From positions 1,178,001-1,242,000 of the forward strand of contig CBFFRQ010000068.1 of the NCBI GenBank assembly GCA_965644315.1: a stretch of 64,000 bases of DNA, in the 5' to 3' direction. The position numbers and the translations under genes are program-made. This document shows positions 57,822-64,000 of the stretch, one piece after another. Under the pieces are notes generated by a model that was not told the DNA's origin, made no database searches, and saw only the letters and a program-made list of their open reading frames with translations. Within the stretch, counting starts at the first letter, position 1. Every line of letters begins with the position of its first letter. The stretch is from Caecitellus pseudoparvulus (taxonomy: Eukaryota > Protista > Bigyra: Bicosoecida).

Positions 57822-60800
57822 CTACAGTTCCTTCAGGCTCCTCCTTGCACGGCTTGCTGCTGCCCGACTGCTGCGCTTACGTAGAGGGGCGGCAGTCTCT
57901 GCCCGCCCCGCAGAGTGGGGGGGCACGTTCTCGCTTTCCCCGGCGTCCAGCGCGGCCTTGGACGCCGAGCGCGGAACACGCTGGGCACTGTCTCGGCGCG
58001 CACTGCTGCGGCGGGCGCTGGCACTTGTCCGTCGTTTCGGAGTGACTGCTGTGGGTGTGCCGGGCGCACTTGACCCTCGCAGGCCAGGTCCACGTCGCAG
58101 GGTTCCACGATTTGCGGCCCCCGCTGTGGAAGCCACCGCCAGTAGGTCCCTGGTCTTCTCGGCCAGGCGGGGCAACACAGAAGGGGCACTGGGCAGCAGT
58201 GAGTAGAAGGCAGCAGGCAGGGCCCACTTCCCAGAAAAGGCCATGGCCTGGTCGTCGCGCCGAATGGCGCCGCGCACCATGCCGTGTGCGAACGCGGCCA
58301 GCACTTTGCTGCCAAGTGCAAGCTGGCCACGCTCTGTGGCATCCTCCACAGTGAGTTGCTGCAGGGCTGTCAGGACAGCCAGCAAGAAGGGTGTGCCGCC
58401 TGCAGCCTCGCCGGCGCTCTCTGTGAGGGGCAAAATGGCAGTCCTCAAGACCGCCACCTGTGGGCCGTACATGTTCCCCAGCTCCGCAGCCGAGGTGCAG
58501 GCAAAGCAAGCCTCCTCCGACGGCATGTCAGGTCCATGAGCAAGGCTGTGGATGAGAGGGAAGACTGAGTACTCAGGCAGCAGCCACGCGGCGAGGCGCA
58601 TGGAGGTGCGCTCGCCGTCCGCCCCCCCAGGGATGACCGCACAGGCCCGGGCGTGCGTGCGGCGGAGTGCAGCAATGCTGTCCTCCATGGCTTCCCTGGC
58701 CGACACCGCATGCGCCCGTACAGGCTCGCCTGTGGCCATCATGAGCGGCACGAGCAGCGCACAGTGCCCACGACCAGTTCGCATGCTCTTCGCAAGAGTC
58801 CGCACTGCCCCGCAGCGCACGGAGGCATCCGCATCCCACGCACACGCATGGCAAAGCGCATGAGTCACAGCAGGCACGGCCAGCATGGCATTGGACAAGT
58901 GCAGGTGGTTCAAGAGGGTGGCCCCACCGGGCATGCCAGCCAGCTTGCCCAAGGCGCGGGCAGAGGCCAGCCGCAAGGCACAGGCGTCGGGGGACGAGGC
59001 AGCACCGTCCGGGGCAGCCCACACGACGCCTTCCTTTCGGAGAATGCCCACAAGAGTCTTGACGAGCTGGCTGACTGGATATGCAGCAGCTTTGCCATGG
59101 AGGGCTCGCAGGCCGCCGACCCGCCACGCGCCCCGAACGGCATTCACAGCCACCTGCAGGGCGCCGATCCGAGCAGCAGTGGAGAGGGCCACCCCCGAAA
59201 ACGTAGGCGTGGCACCAAAGCATGGCCACTGAGGGCAATCGGAGGCGATGGCACCGACATCTCGCCCGGCGGTATGGGTGGTGGAGGGTGTGGCGTGGGA
59301 TGGCGATGCCCGCTTGCGCCCGCTCTGTGCCTCCTCCAGTGATGGCGACGCTGGTGGCTCCATGTTGCTGCGGAGAATGCCCGTCATCGCCGCAGAGAAC
59401 GCCTCCGCACCAAAGGAAGTCAAGAACGTCTCGGGTGCATGCAGCGCCAGGCTTGCCAAGCCGTGCATGCTGGCGATGGCCCTGACCCATACCTGCCCCT
59501 CTGCGTTGCCATCGGTGGCTGCCTTGCTCCGCCTGCGCGGTTTCTTGGCAGCAGTGGTGCTACCAGCGCTGCTTTGGGCAGCAGCTATGTCTTCCAGAGT
59601 AGAAAGTGTCTCATTGCCAACGTCATCGGCGCGCAGCGTGTGCATGACAGCCTGCAGCACGCTGCCTGAGCCGCCAGTCATGCATACAATGGCGCGGGCT
59701 GCAGCCTTGCTTGTGCGAGCCGAGTGTGATGGGCCACCCAAAGCAGCTGCAAGGAGGCCTTCTTGGTGGCTGCGCAGGAAAGCGGGTGGGACTCCTGACC
59801 CTGCCCGTGACAACACACGGCAGGCGAAGATGGCCGCGACGGTGTGCCCTTCCGCAGCAACTTGAATAAGGCGAGCGAGAGTGGCCTGCATGAAGGTGCC
59901 CCCCTGTGCATCGCCCGAATGAGGCAAGAGAAGGCCAGGTTGCGCCTCTGCAATGCACGCGAGCAGCGCACAAGCAGCGGCTGGGCCGTCACCACCCTCC
60001 CACTCCACTGCGCCTTCGTCACGCATGTGCCGATCAGCAGTGCACACCATGTCAACGAGGTGCGGCAACATGTCGTGGTTGGCAAGGTGCATGCCAGCCA
60101 AGCGCCAAAGCGACTTGGCAACTTTCGCTTGTGGGCTGCCTTTCCCGAGGCGGGACAGCAAGTCTGCTTTGGCGTCTGCCAGCGCTCCTGCATCCGTGCT
60201 TGGGTCTGCAATTTGCAAGATGCGCGCACGAACACGCTTGTCAGCATGGCCGAGGACAGAGGAAACAGCTGTCGCAAGAGCAGCCCGGCTGCCGACAAGG
60301 TGGGGCAACACGTTGTCCACGGCGGCTGCCAAGCGCTCTGGATGCTTGGCCGCACTGACACCGGCTGACAGGGCAGTTTGGAGTGCCGTGCGCTCCCGCA
60401 GCAAGTCTAGAAATTGAGTTCGTCGCTCTGGCGACAGGCTGGCAAAGAGCTGAGTCAGCGCCCGCGCGCGCACTCTTGGATGCTCGCCTTGGGGCACCAT
60501 GAGTGCGTCGAGCACCTGCACCAAGCGCAGGTGAAGGTCCTTGTCGCGGCGCCCAACCTTAGCATGGCAACGCAAGAGGGAGTTAGGAATCCAGTGCAGC
60601 TTGAACAGCACACTGTCTGCCATCGAGGGTGCCGCCTCATCCGTCACACCTAGCGCCACATCGTCGTCACTGTCTGCATCGCCGCCCACCAGAGCAGCAT
60701 GGTCAGCGCTGGCGGCAGTTTGCAGGCTGCGCATGCTGGCCAAGTCTGCAGCCTGTGCAGCTTCTGATTCAGAGGGCTCGTCCGCGGCGGCAAGGCCCTC

Positions 60801-62370
60801 CTCGCCAGTAGTCCACAGGTACTTGAGGCGCCCAGAGTACACTTGCGCCAAGCCAGTCACCGCTGTAACAGCGACGGCACTGTCTCTGTCCATGGCCCGC
60901 TCGCCGAGTTCACGCAGCAGCTCCACAGGCACGGCCTCCACCTGCTCCACTGCGGTGGCTGTCACTGTGGCAACGGCTGCGGCACGCACAGGAGGGTCTG
61001 GGGAGCACAGGGCCGCCTCCAAGGCATGTGCCCAAAGAGGAATGGTTGCTGGGTGCGCCAGCATGACTGCTTTCGCAGCGGTGACGGTGGCTTCTCGCAC
61101 AGCTGACGCCGTGTCCACGTGCCTGGAGATGAAGGCGTCCAGCACTGCACGGTGCACCTTCCAGTGCTCTGTGTGTGGGCTGGCAAACAAGTCCCCGAGC
61201 AGCACTGCAGCTTCCAGGCGATGTGTTGGGTCCTCCCCGCGGACTTCCTCGCCAAGGAGGGCCATGATGCGGTTCAGCATTGCGGGGGACACCTGGTTTG
61301 CCTCAAAGATGATGTCATACAGCTGGCCACGGCTGCTGAGCTCGCTGCCCCTGGCTGTAGGCGCGCCCTGCAGCACAGACATGGCGAGCTGATAGATGGC
61401 ATCCTCCATGCGGTCAGTGAGACGTCCGAGGACGTTGATTGCCAGTGCGTAGGCGCGGGGCTGCGAAGCCCGCGAGGCTGCGGTGAGCCGTTGCAGCAGG
61501 CAGTCCAGCACGGGCACCGTGATTTCGTCGCTCTCCTCAACACAGCAAGCGATGATGGAAGCGAGTGTTTCTTCCAGTTTGGCACTGTGGGCAGGTTGCA
61601 GCGCCTCGAACATGGCGTTGAACAGGGACACGAGAGGGGTGTCGTCCACCACCCCTCCGCGCTCCTCGGCAGCCTCTGCAACGGCATCCACCAGAAGCAC
61701 GGCGGACTTCACCGTTGCGAGGGACTCGAGGAACTGGAAGCACAGGTCGTATCGCGCTGATTCAGGATCTGTGTTTGTGGCAAGAGTCCCCACTTGCATG
61801 GCGATGGCCTTGAACAGCTCCTGTGGGTCGGGAGGGCGTCGGCTAGTCAAAGTGCAGACAGTTGCGTCGGCGTTTCGTGCTCACGAACCAGCTTTTGAGG
61901 AAGGCTCAGGGGGGCGTTGGGTGCAAAGATGCGCAGCACTTCGCACAGACAGCACACAGACAGCAGTCTGACATCCTGTGGAAGCAGGTGTGAGCACGTT
62001 CTTGCGCGGCGTTCCGGCAAAGCAGGCGGCGCAGTGGTTGCTGTGAGCCCTCAAACCACGCCCACCTGCGCAGTCTCCCGTCGTACCTGGTTTGTGTGCT
62101 GGAGGCACTTGGGCTCTGCAAGGGAACGTGCCAACCTTTCCAGGCCTGAAAGCGAGCTATCGTCCTGCTCCAGCGTCTGGAGGAACTCAAAGGCGCCTTG
62201 CAAACGGGTCTGGAGGATGGATGCCTTGCGCTCGGCGAGGAAGCCAGCTGAGAGCACCTGGCGCTCAGTGAAGCCTGTGCAGGGCGGAACAGTCGGCTTC
62301 GCTTGCAAAGCAAGCGCAGCACACAAGAGGGAGGCAGCGCACCTGCAAAGAGGCCTTCTGCGCTGGCCAT
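57822..62370 (-). CDS. PDS5: Sister chromatid cohesion protein PDS5
   Basis: Spliced exon DVRLLSVCCLCEVLRIFAPNAP, FLESLATVKS, HEAT repeats, LHWIPNSLL, LLPEYSVFPLIHSLAHGPD and a basic tail. Confidence 0.88.
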
Positions 62371-62945
62371 GCTGGAAGCGGCTGGCGTTTCGTACTGTGG
62401 CGTTACGGGCTGCCCTTCGAGCAGTCAAACAGCTGCGCGACTGACACGGGTACAACTTGCTGGGCAGCAGAGCAAAATGACCTAGGATACGAACAGCGCT
62501 GCAAGCGTAAGCGCAGCTGACTCGCCTGCCGGATAAATGCAGAATGGGCGCGAGCGTGCTTTGAGCGCCGAGCTGCTGCGCGACGCTGTCCTGCACCGGT
62601 GGCCTTCCGCATGGGGGGCTCCCCGCCTCCCAGGTGCGCAAGAGATGAAAGCACCCAGTAGATTTTCCTACACAGAAGCGCCCAGCGCGACCATGTGCGT
62701 CGCGTGGGGAAGCTGGGAGCCCGCGCGCAGGGCGCTGGAGCCTGCCTTCTTTTTTTCATGTACCGTAGGCCGCCCCGGATGCAGCGCCGGGGACGCGGGG
62801 AGCAAAGTGAACGGCACGCAAATTACTCCCATCTCCACATTTCAGCCCCCCTTTCGCGCCACCGTGCCGCTGCGCCCCCTTGTGCCGCAATCTGAGAATC
62901 GAAGGTTGGGCCCCCAAGCACCAGCACACTCTGCAGCACACAGCC

Positions 62946-64000
62946 ATGTTGGCTCTTGCCAGCGCTGCCCGCGGAGCCGGGGCGGCCGCCCTCAGGGTGT
63001 CTGCATTGGCTCGTGCCATGTCCAGCGAGACTGCCAGCTTTGCCATCAAGGTTCCCTACGAGGCACACCGTGCGTGAACGCGGCGTGCCCTACTCTTCGC
63101 TGCGGTAGTGCACTTGGCCTGTGCCTGGGCGGGAGCCACGCTTGCGTGGACGACGGTGCTGGGCAGGGGTGAGCCCGAGCGGGAGCATGGCCCAGCAGAG
63201 CAGTGTATGCCCTCTGTCCTGTGCTCACAACGAGCCGTGGGCGCCTTCAACGCCGACGCCCCCCCGGCACTCCCGCGTGTTGCGTGGTGTGCTTGCGTTC
63301 GCTTGGCGTGGACTCACAGTGCCTGCCTGCCCTGCTGCACAGTGTGTGATGGCCCCGGCGAGGGCAACGTGGAGGTGGAAACCAACAAGGAGGAGCTGCT
63401 GGGTTTCCACGAGGAGATGTACCGTGTGCGGCGCATGGAGATCGCGTGTGACACAGAGTACAAGGCGCGCAACATTCGCGGCTTCTGCCACCTGTACGAC
63501 GGCCAGGAGGCCGTCGCGTCAGGCCTGCAGGCAGGTCTGGACAAGACAGACAATGTGATCAGCACGTATCGGTGCCACGCCTTGCAGCTGGTGCGCGGGG
63601 ACTCCGTCTCCTCCATCCTCGCCGAGCTGTTCGGGCTGGAGCAGGGCTCCTCCATGGGCAAAGGCGGCTCCATGCACTTCTACAGCAAGAAGAACCGTTT
63701 CTGGGGCGGAGCTGGTATCGTTGGTGCCCAGGTGCCCGTCGGCGCTGGCCTCGCATTCGCTGACAAGTACCTTGCCGGCGGGTTCCCCTCCCCCATCACC
63801 ATGGCCATGTACGGCGACGGCGCGGCAAACCAGGGGCAGATCTGGGAGGCGGCGAACATGGCCAAGCTGTGGAACTTGCCAGTTGTATTCCTGTGCGAAA
63901 ACAACCAGTACGGCATGGGCACATCCACGGACCGCTCCTCTGCGAACGTCAACTACTACCAGCAGGGCGGCGTGATCATCCCGGGCGTGCGGTGTGACGG
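62946..64000 (+). CDS. PDHA1: Mitochondrial pyruvate dehydrogenase E1 alpha, 5' part (runs off the window end)
   Basis: Presequence MLALASAARGAGAAALRV, intron about 63070-63342, then RRMEIACD..YKARNIRGFCHLYDGQEA, GKGGSMHFY and the TPP-binding motif YGDGAANQGQ...CENNQYGMGTS. Confidence 0.96.

Noticed and set aside
62400-62940. Possible TPP riboswitch or RNase P RNA upstream of PDH E1-alpha
   Set aside because: Only fragments of the motifs are present (ggataaatgc, ctgaga) in the wrong order, and there is no P4 complement.

Overview
This is a gene-dense, GC-rich eukaryotic nuclear window, not a bacterial one. It holds about 28 protein-coding genes, many split by short (about 50-350 nt) GT-AG introns, so several ORF-track entries are fragments or read through introns. 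The compact layout suggests a unicellular protist, possibly a heterotrophic stramenopile (inference only). Housekeeping genes: transportin (partial), HRD1, ABCA transporter, cytosolic LeuRS, PH-only protein, M16A peptidase, class IV-like HDAC, LTO1, two further RING proteins, PP2C, DBP2, NOL7-like protein, COG0523 GTPase, sulfotransferase, SDR, DHX57-like helicase, RPC34, UBE3B/C-type HECT ligase, mitochondrial S15, SEL1L, PDS5 and PDH E1-alpha (partial). RNA genes: one atypical tRNA-Gly(UCC) and two identical 5S rRNA genes. Best leads: (1) a fully base-paired, AT-rich tRNA-Gly with A1:U72 and its own Pol III signals; (2) two different RING-H2 proteins that have both lost the first zinc site and carry a U-box-like 'DPI' motif; (3) a 5S doublet whose spacer is a long fold-back; (4) a stand-alone acidic protein resembling the H2A.Z-binding tail of ANP32E. 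No transposon, CRISPR array or viral gene was recognised. Start codons and splice sites were read by eye and are approximate.
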